The position numbers and the translations under genes were made by a program. Below, piece after piece: positions 12,567 to 25,112 of a stretch of 60,000 nt of DNA. A model generated the notes under the pieces. The model was given only the letters and a program-made list of their open reading frames with translations, searched no databases and was not told the DNA's origin. Position 1 is the first letter of the stretch; each line of letters starts with the position of its first letter. Source of the stretch: Lama guanicoe (taxonomy: Eukaryota); NCBI GenBank assembly GCA_013239625.1, contig MU053431.1:1578485-1638484 (forward strand), written 5' to 3'.

Positions 12567-13109
12567 TGGCCAGGGTGGTGTGGAGACAGGAATCAGCAGG
12601 TTGGAGGTGAAACCCGGGAACCCAGTTTTAGCAAGCTCCAGGCGGCTTGTAGAATCAGGCAAGTCTTAGAAGCCCGCTCCAGGGCATCCCGCCCCGAGAA
12701 GCACCTCGCGGGACTCAGCCACCCCTGTTCATGGACTTCCGCATCGCTTCCCTTTCCGCGGTTCATTTTGGGTCTTGCTGACAACAAAGTGCTGGAGGCT
12801 CATCCTCCCTGAGCCTGGGGGCAACCGGCTCGGGCAGAAAGACAGAAAGTGGGGCAGCCAGGGTGTGTGGACTGCACGCCAGCCCACTGCAGGGCCGGAA
12901 GTCTGCGTGCCCGGCTCCGAGCTGGGCTGTGCAGGAGACGAGGCCAAGGGTCCAGCGTGGCTCACAGAGGTCCTGGGGGGAGGGAGGACCGGAGGGGTGT
13001 CCGTGTGGCTGGAAGGTCTCCACCAGGGTTAGATCTGGGTGAGGAGAGTTTCCAAAATTTAAGGTGGCACCAAACACTTGGCAATCAAGAGAAAAAATGT
13101 ACACTTCTG

Positions 13110-13765
13110 GGTCTTGCTTCAATTGAAATTTTTAATGAGATGGTCAGGGAGTCACATGCCGCGACAAGAAAGAATGCAGAGAGGTCCTGTGTGCTTTTTG
13201 CACCAAAGGCATGGCCGTCCCAGGGGTGGAACGTGACCTGCACTTGGGTGTGTGTGTTGTGTGTTAAATTCCATCCAGTTTTATCTCCTCTGATGTCTCC
13301 TGGGCCCACCCCCAAAGCTGAGACAGAGAACACTCCCCGTGATCTTCTGTGACTTTCTCCTTATTCTTTCTAACAACACCCCCCCCCACTCCAGCCACCG
13401 TCCTAAACTCTGGCAGCCACAGATCCGTTCTCTGCTTCTAAAATCTGCCACTCCAGAAACCTGGTGCAGATGGGACCATCCCGCGTGTGACCTTTGGGGA
13501 CGGCTCCTGCACTCCCCGGGGTCCTCCCCACTGTCCGGGTTCGCACAGTAGCTCCTTCCTCTTTGTGGCTGAGGGGCACTCGGCCGTGTGGACGGGCCAC
13601 GCGTGTCCATTCCCCCCACGGAAGGGGGTCCAGGCCCCATTTGTGGACGCGTGAGGGTCGTTCGTGGAAACATTGGCTTTCCTCGCTCTGGGATGTGAGC
13701 CCGAGGGTCAGCTGCTCGCTCATGCCGTGGGTGCGTGTTTAGTTTTTAGAGAAATGGCCAAGAAT
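13110..13765 (-). mobile_element. Old L1M (MD/ME-like) 3'-end fragment
   Basis: aagaaagaatgcagagaggtcctgtgtg, ctctggcagccac...gttctc, gtgacctttgggga, cgtgtttagtttttagagaaatggcca. Confidence 0.6.
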
Positions 13766-14454
13766 ATTTTAATGCAATATTTTAAAAAAATGCAGAGGAA
13801 ACCCCCACGATGAACAGAATATCTACGTTTTAAACAAATTGAGGACAGGGCGGGGCAGGGGAGCATCCGCTCTCAGGGCTGTGCAAGCTCAGGCTGGAAC
13901 CCGCCTCAGGCCCCGGCGGTGGCGCCCCGGGCGCAGGCCTCTGTCTTCTCATCTGTAGAAGGGCTGACTGCACCTCTGCCTCCCCAGGTCGCTCTGAGGG
14001 CAGGCGGCTTCCGAACCCAGTCAGGGCCAGGCCGGGCTGGGTAGCCCCCTCCACGGAATTTCGCCGTCCTCCACCTGCCTCCAACGGCTCCCTGGGCCAA
14101 GCTTCCGCATCTCCAGCCCAGCCAGTGGCCTCCTCAGAGCCTGGGGGGTCTGATTCCCTCCTGGACAGGCCCAGGGATGCCCACTGGACAGGAGCCCACT
14201 GTGGCCAGCTGCCCCACTTTGCTAGCCACCTCCGGGGCATCCTTGAGGTCTTGGCTCAAGCACCGCCTCCTCGGGGCAGCCCTCCTTGACTGCAGATTGG
14301 GTCAGGCCCTTCTCTCCCAGGCTCACACGGTGCGGGTCTCAGTGGCCTCCTGACGGTCGGCGTAGCTTCAGACTGCCACCTCCCAGCCCCGCTACCTGGC
14401 ACGTGGCAAGCGCTCCACACCTTTCTCTCTCTCTCTTTTTACTTCATGTATGTG

Positions 14455-14770
14455 TTTTTGTTGAAGTGCAGTCAGTTTACAGTGCTGTGTCAATTTCTGG
14501 TGTGCAGCACAGTGCGTCAGTCACACGTAAACACACACATGCTCATTTTATGTTATTTTTCACCGTAAGTTACTAATATATATTGAGTACTGTTTCCTGT
14601 GCTACACAGTATAAACTTGTCTATTTTATACGTATTAATATCTGCAAATCTCGAACTCCCAATTTATCCCCCTCCCCCATTAACCATCTTTGTTTTTCTT
14701 TAGTTCTTATTTTTTTATTGAAATGTAGTCGGCTTACACTGTCAGTTTCAGATGGACAGCAAGGCGACGT
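14455..14770 (-). mobile_element. Cetartiodactyl-type L1 3' terminus (two adjacent short ends)
   Basis: ttgaagtgcagtcagtttacagtgctgtgtcaatttctggtgtgcagca...cctgtgctacacagta. A second head, ttattgaaatgtagtcggcttaca, lies at about 14715. Confidence 0.7.
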
Positions 14771-15633
14771 TTCTTAGATGAATGCCTGAACAGGGGGTCC
14801 CGATGTGATTCCAGGCCCGGCAGATTTTGTCCACAGTTGAAGAAATAATGTAGGAAAATTTCCCCCAAAGGAAGGACACACGTGTCTACAAGGAAAGGAC
14901 CCTGAGGGCCCAGAGCCCCGCGACGGGCGAGCCCCATACCGGGGCATGTTGGGGCAACGTTCCCGAGCACCTGGAATGCGGAGGCACTCCTGGGAGCTTC
15001 CAGACAGGAAGGAGAAGGTCCTAGGCAGGGGTCGGGACTCAGTAGGCCTTCGGACTTCTCCTCAGTGACTCAGGAGGCTGGAGGGCAGTGGCGCAAGGTC
15101 TGCCTTCTCAGGACCACGATTTCTAACCCGGAAGTGTCTCCCCAGCGGCGCGAGCTCGGGGGCACGAGGCGGCCTCCCTGGCAGCTGCAGGCTCTGTGTC
15201 CCCGCGGATGGAACGTCAGCGGGGGGCGTGCTGGGCACTGGGAGAGGGGTCCCCTGCAGTCACCAGGTGCTGGGCCGAGGCAGCCAGGTGGCCCAGGAGG
15301 AGGTCTCCGAGAGGGACTCCAGTGGACTGAGAAGAAATACAGACCACTGCTGGCCTGTTTGGGAATTATTTGCTGATAAGAAGATAGAGTGAAAAAAAAA
15401 AAAGACAACCATTAAATCTATTAGAGTTTTTAAAAATTGTGCAAAAAGGAGAAAAAATTCTTAGTACCTTATAGTTCACCTAGTGTTTTCTTTGTTTTTT
15501 AAGTACTTTACTTTTTAGAGCTGTTTAAGGTTTACAAAAAATTGAGGGGAAGCTACAGAGATCTCCCATACACTTTCCGCTCCCACATGTGCACAGCCTC
15601 CCCCATGACCCACATGTCCCACCAAAGCGGGAC

Positions 15634-15760
15634 TTTTTTTGTGTGTGGGGGGAGGTAATTAGGTTTGTTTACTTATTTTTAGAGGAGGTGGTGGGGATTG
15701 AACCCAGGACCTCATGCATGCTGAGCATGTGCTCTACCACTTGAGCTACAGCACCCCCCC
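15634..15760 (-). mobile_element. tRNA-Ala-derived SINE (Vic-1 type) nested in L1
   Basis: ggaggtaattaggttt...ggggattgaacccaggacctcatgcatgctgagcatgtgctctaccacttgagcta, inserted in a poly(T) tract. Confidence 0.9.
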
Positions 15761-16613
15761 TTTTTTTTAACCAAGGATGAACCTACATTGACATGTCATC
15801 ATCGCCCACAGTCCAAGCTTCACATCAGGGGTCCCTTTTGGTGCTGTGTGTTCTCGGGGTTTGGACAAGTGTATGAAGTCACGTGTCCACCATTGCAGTG
15901 CCACACAGAGCAGTTTCACTGCCCTAAAACCCCTCTGAGCTCCCCCTGTTCACCCCCTATCTCCCGTCTCCATAGTTTTGCCTTTTCCAGAAAGTCACAG
16001 GGTTGGAATCAGACAGTATGTGGCTTTTTCAGATTGGCTTTTTCACTAGGAACATGCATTTAAGTTTCCTCCACGTCTTTTCATGACTTGACAGCTCATT
16101 TTTAGGGCTGAATAATATTCCATTCCCTGGATGGACCCCAGTTCATTTATCCACTCACGTGCTGAAGGGCATCTTGGTTGCTTCCACGCTTTGGCAGTTA
16201 CAAATAAAGCTGCTATAAATATCCACGTGCAGGTTTTTGTGTGGACTTAAGTTTTCAGCTCCTTCGGCTAAACACCAGGAAGCCCGGTTACTGAGCACAA
16301 CTAGTGTTGCGAGAAACCTCCAAACCGTCTTGCAAAGTGGCTGCACCGTCGTGCCGTCCCCGCGGCCGTGAGTGGGCGCTCCTGCTGCTGCCCGTCCCCG
16401 CCGGCCCTCGGTGCTGCCAGCGCTCTGGCTTTGGCCGTCCTCGTAGGCGTGCAATGGTAACGCGCTGCTGTTTTAATTTGCGTTTCCCTGATGCCGTAGG
16501 ACGGGGAGCGTCTTTTATGTGCTTATTTGCCATCTGTATGGCTTCTTTGGTGGCGAGTCTGTTAAGGCCTTTGGCCCATTTTTGTTATTAAAAATGTGTT
16601 TTTCTTATTTAAA

Positions 16614-16672
<59 letters not shown>

Positions 16673-16708
16673 CCCATCTATCTACCCATCTATCTATGTA
16701 TCCATCTA
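16614..16708 (+). repeat. (TCTA)n / (GATA)n tetranucleotide microsatellite
   Basis: About 14 perfect ctat units followed by degenerate ccat/ctac units. Confidence 0.97.
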
Positions 16709-16955
16709 GCTGTTGATTTATTGGCCTGCCTTTACTAGGGTTGTCTTCTTATGTAAGAGCTCACTGTGTGTTTGGATAACGGTCCTTTAGCAGATGTGTC
16801 TTTTGCAAATATTTTCTCCTGGTTGTGGCTTGTCTTCTGATTCTCCTGATACTGTCTTTCACGGAGCAGAAGTTTTTCATTTTAATGAAGCCCAGCTTTT
16901 ACCTCTTTTTTTCAAGGATTATGCCCTTGGTGTTGTAGCTGAAAAGTCATCACCA

Positions 16956-17083
16956 GTGGAGGAGCGTGTGCTCAGCGTGCACGAGGTCCTGGGTTCAATC
17001 CCCGGTGCCTCCATTAAATAAATAAGTAAATAAACCTAATTTCCCACCCCAACAAAATTTTTTTAAAAAGTGAAGTATTTTTA
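16956..17083 (+). mobile_element. 5'-truncated Vic-1-type SINE with a 14-bp TSD
   Basis: gaggtcctgggttcaatccccggtgcctccattaaataaataagtaaataaacctaat. TSD aaaagtcatcacca at 16942-16955 and 17084-17097. Confidence 0.9.
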
Positions 17084-19124
17084 AAAAGTCATCACCAAAC
17101 CCAGGCTTTTCTAGGTTTTGTCCTACGTTACCTTCTGCTTTACACCGGGGCCTGAGACCCACCCTGAGCTCGTTCTGTGCGTGGTGGCAGGCCTGGGTCT
17201 GGGTCATCCGCGCATGTGGGTGGGCGTCCGGTGGCTCCAGCACCGTTGGTTGAAGAGACGGTCTGCTCTGTCATGCGGCCTTTGCTGTTCTGCCAAAGAT
17301 CGCTCGGCTACATTTACGGGATCTATTTCTGGGCTCTCTGTGCTGTTCCGCTGATCTGTTTGTTCTTTCACCAGCACCACTGTCTTGAGTGCTTAACTGT
17401 ACAGTGAGGCTTGGAGTGGTCAGTCCTCCGAGCCTGTTCTCCTTCAGTGCTGTGTTGACTGTTCTGGGTCTTCTGCCTTCTCTCCGTATAAACTTTAGAA
17501 CCAGTTCGTCAATATCCACAAAATCGCTTGCCGGGATGCGGGGTGGGCTCGCACGGCACCTCCCACGCAGTCCTGACCCGGCCTCTGAGCCCGTGATTCC
17601 TCACCACAGCTTCCTCTGTGGGACACAGTGGCTCCTGGGATGTCTGTCTCCAGGCGGGCGAGAGGATTAGGAGAGAGTGACCCAGGTGGGGTGCTCGGGG
17701 CGGTTCCAGGCCCGCTGAGTCCCCCAGATACACAATCTTGAGGTCACTGCACTCTTTGCCATTTTGGGGGTCAGCGGCTGGGGAGGGTGTGACCCCTCAG
17801 CCTCCTAGCCAGGTGGGAGAGGGACAGGGCTGTCAGCCAAGGCGGGTTTGCCCCTGGACACGGCGTCCCGGTCACCAGGGCCGAGTTGCCTGCCTGGGCC
17901 AGCAGTTCTGGGCCTCCTCGCTTGGCTCCAGGAAGCTGGGTGGGAACAGCCTCAGTGCTGGCAGCCATGCTCCCGGGCGCTGCGCGTCTGCAGGAGCGGC
18001 CTGGCCTTCCTCGAGCTGCGGGAGTTTATACGCACACTTAGCGGGGACTGTACGTCCCTGCCGGTCGTGGTTTTAGGAGAGGACAAGGGGGCGAGGAGGT
18101 GTCTGTGATGGTAGTGATCCCAGCCCTGAGCTGTGCTGTCCACTGGCCCCTCACAGATAATAAAACTGCATCTTCCTGCAGCGCACGGGGGAGACTGCTG
18201 ACAGAGATGTTGTAACGATGCCTGGTGGCCAGGAGTGTGATGTCGGCCCATACACCACCCATCCTGCACACATAATAAAGATACATTAATGGTCCGTGTG
18301 TCTTTAAAGGAATACTAATACTGTTGTCTCATGAGAAACAAGAGTGGAAAATACTAAAAGTCAGAATTTTATGGCCTAAAAAAAGTTAAATCATGAGGAA
18401 ATGGGAAAGAAGATCAAAATCTCTCCCTGCTGGCCCTGGGACGAGGTGGGAGGTGGCGGGAGGTGGCGGGCTGCCTCTGATGGGCGTGGCCGGCCCCTGG
18501 CAGCCCCTCTGTGGACCATGGGCCAGCTAGGGGCCTTCCCCTCAGGGAGGCTTGGAGGGCCAGTGACAGGAGCGGGGTGTTGGGGTTGTGCAAACCTTCT
18601 CAGGCCCAGGAGAGGGGCCCCCCGTGCGTCCAGGGCCGAGATGCAGCAGCAGCCAGGCCTCCAGCAGGGACCCCTGGCCCCGGGCGTGGCCAGGATGCTC
18701 TGAGGACTGGCTCTGTCCCACCCCGACTCTTTCTAGAAGGACGTTTTTCTGGCCACCACGTGTTCCTTGTCAGATGGTAACACTCTGTGGTGCGGAATTT
18801 CAGTCTTTATGGATTGAACAGCTTGAATGACCCTCAAATGAGCAAACTGCGGGGTCCCTGAAGATTCTGCAGTGGCCAGGGGTCAGGGTGGCCATTCCTC
18901 AGCCCTCGCACGGGCTCCTGCTCACCCGGAGCGGCTGCCTGATGAGCTCACGAGGGTGAGAGGTGGGGTCGTCAGGTGAAGCTCCTCTCTCGTCCGGCCG
19001 TGGCGCTGCCCGCCCCGGGGTCCGCCCGCGGCTCTGTGGTCAGTGTGGGAGGGCCGCCTGCGTGTACTCAGAGCACTGCACAGCTGGGGTAGGGTCTTCC
19101 AGAACTTTGATCCTGTTTTGTTTC

Positions 19125-20330
19125 AGTTTTTTTTTTAATAAGTTGAAATCCCCGTGATCTAAAACTAACCATGTTCAAGTGAACCATTCAGTACATTCAG
19201 TGCTGTGCACCCAGCACTGCCACGTCGTTCCAAAACGTGTTTATCATCCTGAAAGGAGACCCCTGTGTCCATTCCACAGCCACTCCCTTTTCTCCCCCAG
19301 CCCCTGGCCACCACCAGCCCGCTTTCCATCTGAGTGGAAGTGCCTGTTCTGGACGTTTCCTGTAGAGGGGCCCCGGCCACACGGGGTCGCTGGTGTCCGG
19401 CCGTGCTCACTCTGCGTCGTTTCTGAGGTTCATCCCCAGGCAGCCGGTGCCAGCGCCTCGTCCCTTTTTCTGACCGAGTAACGTTCTGTTGTGTGGATGG
19501 AGCACGTCTCGTTTGTCTGTCATCCCTGGGCGGACACAGGTTGACCTCGTGGCTACCACGGGGACTGCTGAGCACCCGCACCCGAGCACCTGCCGTCAGT
19601 CTTCCAGACATTTCACTCGGGACGGAGACGCATTTTCCTCCTGGTGAAGCCGGTCTCATGGTACCGTAACCACTTTTCTCGAACATGACTTTGTGGCAGG
19701 CGTTCTGCTAAAGGGTCACACAGTCTGAAGGGTTCAGTTGGATGAGTTTTGATGAACGCACAGAGCCACGTGACCCCTAGATCACGGCTCAGGGCTTTCC
19801 CTCACCCAGAAGCTCCCTCCTGCCTCTTCCTGGGAAATGTCACCCATTTCTGCCCCCCAACACCATTACGAGACCACATTCGGCCACCAGAGGTGAACCG
19901 ATTCTCTAGAATTCTGTGAGAACGGGGCCACACGGCGTGTAGCTTCAGGTCGGAGCCACACGTCTGAGATGTACACAACGGCCCTTCTCCCAGCGGCCGG
20001 CCGTCCTTTCCCTGCTGAGCGGAGCTCCGGGCGTGGAGGGACCGCACCTGCCTGTCTGCTCCCCGCTGGTGAGCACGTGCTGAGTGGAGCTGCTGTGAGC
20101 GCTCGTGTGCGGGTTTTGTGTGAACGCAGGTTTCCACTTCTCAGGCCAAACATCCAGGAGTGGATGGCGGGTCATACGGTGTGTACGTAACTGCACGGAA
20201 CTGCCGCACTGGTTCCCGTGGCGTCTGGCCTGTTTTGCACGAGGAGAGCTCCCGTTGCCCAGACTTCTCTGACACGGTGACTTCTCTGACACGGTGGCAG
20301 TCCTTTTAATTTTTAGCCATTTTTGTGGGT
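19125..20330 (-). mobile_element. Adjacent old L1MB/ME-like 3'-end fragments
   Basis: ttcaagtgaaccattcagt, tcatcctgaaaggagaccc, gttctggacgtttc, cagttggatgagttttga, gttttgtgtgaac, cttttaatttttagccatttttgtgggtgt. Confidence 0.65.
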
Positions 20331-22624
20331 GTTCATCCCAGTCTGAAGAGAAGGAAACCGAGGCTCAGAGTGGCGAAGTCAGCCGTCCAGGGCGGCACGG
20401 TGAGTCGCTGGCAGAGTCGGACCCTGCCCGCGTCCAGTGCCCTGACTCTTACCGCCGCGACCTCCCAAGCCAGCTGGTGCCTGCATCCCAGCACAGCCTG
20501 CAAAGAGAAGCCCATCCCTTGGGTGATGAATGGACGCTACAAAATCCAGAGACAAGCGGACAGGGCATTCACCCCAGCCTGCGGCTGGGGGCTGGCTGGC
20601 AGGAGAGAATCCCTGCGGCTTCAGGGAGGAAGGCCACCTCCCCTGGCTCTTTGCTTTAGAGGTGGAGGTGGTGGACACTTCCCTCCCTTGAACCCGAAAC
20701 TGGTGGGTCACCAGGGGGTGGGGGACAGTTTCCTGACCTTGAGAGGAGGTGAGAGCCCCGGAGCAGGGGGGCCCTTTGGAACCCCCCCACCCCCGCCCGA
20801 GCAGGCGCGTCCTGGGGCTGCGGCCTGAGGCCTGTGTGGTCCTTACATCCTACGCTGCTTTCCCAAACACGCACAGTTACATAAACGGTGATAACACTTC
20901 ATAAACATTTTTCTAACATGCGGAATGTTTGACATGAATTTCAGCTATTTTAGAACTAATAAACAATTGTCAATGTCACAGCCGACACGGAGCAGAAGCC
21001 GCAGGGCTTTATGGAAGATCAAAGGCAGGACCAGAGACCTCCTTTTTGGAGGAAAAGAGGACAAGGAGAAAGGCACCCTGGTCCTCCCGAAAGGCGGGGC
21101 CTTCCAAGCTGGCTCGGGATCTCGGCAGCTGTGGGCCCAGGCCCCTTCCCGTGGCCCAGGCCCTCTCGGGCTCCACGGACGTGGTTCTCGTTGTGTAGAC
21201 GCGTCTTAGGGCTTATCGCTGAAGTCTGCCCCGGCTGGTGAGGGCCATCCGGGAGGGTCTGTGCTGGTCAGTGGGCGCCTGCGAGCTGCAGGGCGCCTCG
21301 CCAGCTGCCCGGCCTCGGAGCCCACGGCTGGCGCCAGGGAGCTAGCTGGCTGGCGGAGGCCGAGCCGCTGCCCCAGTGTGCGCACCCGGTCTGTGTGGGG
21401 CCCCCGGGCGGCCCCGGACGTCGGGGCACGTGAGTGCGGCCCCGGCCTGCCAGCTCTGCGTCTTCCTACATGTCACCTGAGCATCATTTGTCACTGGGCC
21501 TGGGAGCTGAAGGGGGAGAACTCAGGGGTGCCCAGGCGGCCTTCACATGCTGTCAGCATCCACCATGAAGGTCCAGGTTAACCTCTTGGCCCGGAGGCTT
21601 CCCAGTCTTGTTCCCTCGGACACAGACCCCTCTGGCCTGGACAGGTCTTGCCTCCCCCCAGCCCCTGCCCACAGAATCCTTGGGCAGCCAGGCTTCCTAA
21701 ACTGCACTGGTCAGGTGTGGGGGTGTCTCTGCTGCTCCCCTTGAAACCGAGTCAGGTGAACCAAGGAGCAGGTGGGTGAGGGTGGAGCGGAGGGGCTGGT
21801 CCAGCCCATCTCCAGGGTCCAGGGGCTGAGGTTGATGCGTGGACCCTTACCTGGGGTTCACAATTACTCAGGACAGTGATAAACCCCCCTGGGCTTCAGA
21901 GAGAATGTTCTGGTAAGTCACCCTTTCTTCGGCACTCTTGTAGCCGCTATTCCTGTGACTGTGGGGCTGGTCATCACTGGCCACACACACCCTGTCCTGC
22001 CAGCTGGCTGGTAGCCCCCGCGTGTTTGATAGTTTAGCTGGAAGGGGCCCAGAGGGGAGGCACTGGGCTAACCGGAGGGGCCAAGCCTCCTCAGGGCTCA
22101 CTCCCTGTCCACAGTACCCCAGATTCTATCTGGGATCCCCTGGGGGCAATAATGCAGGTGGATCCCACCCACACCAGAGGTGCCCGCTGTGTGCACATGC
22201 TTGGCATGGAGCCCTGTGGACAGTGAGGCAGCGGGAGCCCTGGAGGCGCCAGATCGGGGGCACAGCTGGTACCAGGGGCCTTGGGAACCACACCCCAAGC
22301 CCTGGGCCCTTGTGCCCTTGTGCACGGAAGGGGCCGCTGGGAAGGGGGACGGGCACTGTGGTTGACGTGGCCACCACGTGGACTTGCAGGCCCTCACCAC
22401 CACCCTCCTCCTCATCCCTCTAGGACCTGGCCATGTGTCAGCCCCAGGAGCGTGGACCAGAGAAGTGGTGGTTGGAGAAACACCTCATTGGGCACCTTAG
22501 TGCTTTGCATGAAGTGAAACATCTAGGAAACGTCCCCACGCGGCCAGCCCCCTGCCTGGGCTCTGTTCAGCCCTGCCGACAGCCTTGAGGGGCTTCCGGC
22601 GTCTGCAGTCCAAGCAGCGCTGCT

Positions 22625-22695
22625 CGGAGATACAGAGAGGTTAAGTGACTTGCCCAAGGCCGCACAGCGAGGATGTGCAGAGCTGGGGTTGGAGC
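22625..22695 (-). mobile_element. MIR fragment
   Basis: cagagaggttaagtgacttgcccaaggccgcacagc...gcagagctggg. Confidence 0.7.
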
Positions 22696-24689
22696 TGTGG
22701 GGTGTGCCCTGGATCCTTCGTCCTGGCCAGCCTTCACCTGCCCCTCCCTGATGACACACACGTGTAGACACGGGGTTTGTCCGTCCAGATCTTGCCCCTG
22801 GCTGTGTGGGGGCTTGCTGGGGCCAGGGCTGGAGGTCTGGGCACACCACCGTCCGGTTGCCGGCCCGGAGGGTGAGGTGCAGCCTGGGCCCTGGACTGCA
22901 GGACCTGTGGACTAAGCGGGATGAGCAAGCGCTCCCCTGGGGGCCCCGGGGGCCTCCATCCATTCATCTCTCCCTTCCAACGACACTCATCCGCTCTGTA
23001 GCCCTGCTCGTTCAGCCCTGGCTGGGCAGTGAGAACAGGGTGTGGAACCCATGGCCTATTTCTGGGGCCTGGATCTGGCCAGGGGCCTGGGGAGGTCACC
23101 ATCTCCCATCAGAGGGAGTGGGGCACACGTTACACTGGCTCCTGGCCTGGACCTCCCTGGACATGCCTGTCCCCCGTCCGTGGCTGCGGCTGACCACTGT
23201 TCAAGCAGACCCAGGAGAGGATTAAGGGGCTCCCTCCCCTTATCAGCTGGGCCTCCCGGCAGCCCTGGTGGCAGTGCTCTCATCGGAAAATGTGAGTCTC
23301 CCCCCATCGCCCGGCAGCTGGCTCCCCCCAGCCCCCTTCCTCTCCCGAGGGCATCAGCAGACACCTCTGCCTGGCAGCAGAGCTGGCAGGACCCCCACCC
23401 CGCCTAGGTGGCTGGACCACTCTGGGGTGTCTGCCAGGAGGCTGCCTGTCACTGCCCACCCCATCTGTCACTGATGGGGCACGGGAGACGGGGCTGAGCC
23501 TGTGCACCCTTCTGTCCATGGAGGCCTTGGCTCCAAATACTGGCTTAGCCATCCTCTTTGGGGTGGAGACTGAGCACAGGAGCCCGCTGGTCGGGGTGTG
23601 GGAAACAGCAAGGGCCTGTCCTGCCCCCTCCCCCGCGTGTCATGGAGGGGGCTGAGGGGGGCCCAGCCTCCCCCGCCCCTCCTCCTCGCCCATACCTCCC
23701 CTTGAACCTGGCTCCCAGTCCCCAGGTCTCATCCCCTCTGCACCTTAGAGTCAGGTGTGGGCCCGTGCCCTCAAACCATACCCTGCTCCCGTCCGGCCGC
23801 CCCGCCCTACCCCGCAGGCGCAGACCACTGCCTCGAGGCCAGCCTGGGTGGCTGCACGTGCACCCACAGGGTCACCAGTTTGTTTAGCAAACGTGCATCT
23901 GTCTACAGTGTGTGCCTCACTCTTTGTTTGCTTGGGGATAAAAACAGGACATAGTAGAGTCAGGCCCAGTCCCGGGGACTGTCTCTACCTGCACGGTCCA
24001 GCCCTGCGGCCCAGGGCCACACGTGGCTGCTGGGACTGGCCCCGTCTGGGCTGCGCGGCCAGCGGGAAATACACACCGATCTCTCCAAGGCCCAGCCGGC
24101 GTGCGGGGGGGGGAAGGTCGTGCGTGCCCCTCACGTGTGGCCTGAGCGCTGGGTGCTCGGGGTTGAAATACGTCGTGAAAACCAGTCCTGCGTGGTTGTC
24201 TTTCCCAATGTGGCCGCCAGCCCTGAAGTCACACGTGTGTCTCTAGCCATGGTTCTACTGGGCAGCACTGCCTGGATGGAGGGCGTGACCCGGCATGGGA
24301 ACTGCTCAGCTAGCGATAACGGCCTGATGGCCATGAACAGGGTGGCTTGCGTGAGCCTGGACAGGAGCATCCCCGTTTCTCGTACGTGGAGCAGAACCAG
24401 AGAAGCAGTGCCCACGCACCCAACCCCCTTGACCGGAGCGGGCAGAGCCCTGGGGGCCGTCACCAGCCCACCTGGATCCGGGTGCAGGGCCCCTTCCAGG
24501 CTCTGGGCCTCATCTTCTCGTCTGTGCGACGAGGGCAAGGATGCCGCCTCGCCGGGCTCCACGCAGCTGGGGAAGCCACGGTTGTGAGGTTCATGCACTC
24601 CTGCTGTGTGAGTTCCTCGCTCCTGGAAGATACTCCAGGGAGAGGCTCGGAGGGTGGTGGAGAGGCCCCATGTGGGACTGACCCGGGGC

Positions 24690-25112
24690 CGCTGTCACCA
24701 GCATCACAGACCGGGGACTTCCACAGCGGAAATTCCTTCTCCCCTGGTTCTGGAGGCTGGGGTCTGGGATGAAGGGGTCACAGGGCCGGCTCCTCCTGGG
24801 GATCTGAGGGTCTAGGGAGGGTCCGTCCCAGCCTCCCCCGCCTCCGTGCTGCCGGCAGCCCTTGGTGTCCGGCCTGAGGATGCCTCACTCCAGCTCTGCT
24901 TCGTCTTCACGTAGCCGTCTCCCTGTGAGACAGTGTGCGTCCCAGTGCCCTTTTCCTCTAAGGACACCTGCTAGTGTGGGCCAGGGCCAACCCAAAGGGC
25001 CTCCCCTGGACTGATTACATCTGCAAACCCCGGTTTCCAAATAAGGCCACAGTCTGAGATACAGGGGTTAGGACTTCAATGTGAATTTTGTGGGGATGGT
25101 TTAACCCATGAC
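24690..25112. mobile_element. MLT1-family (MaLR) solo LTR
   Basis: gttctggaggctgg, gtcttcacgt, taaggacacc, gattacatctgcaaa...tttccaaataaggccaca...ggggttaggacttcaa...ttaacccatgac. Confidence 0.8.

Larger units (their letters stand above)
15505..17540 (-). mobile_element. L1MC-like element (3' end running into ORF2 remnant), interrupted by two SINEs and a microsatellite
   Basis: ttttagagctgtttaaggtttacaaaaaattgag, gatgaacctacattgacatgtcatcat, ttttgcaaatattttctc, ccagcaccgttggttgaagagac, ctccgtataaactttagaa. Confidence 0.85.
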
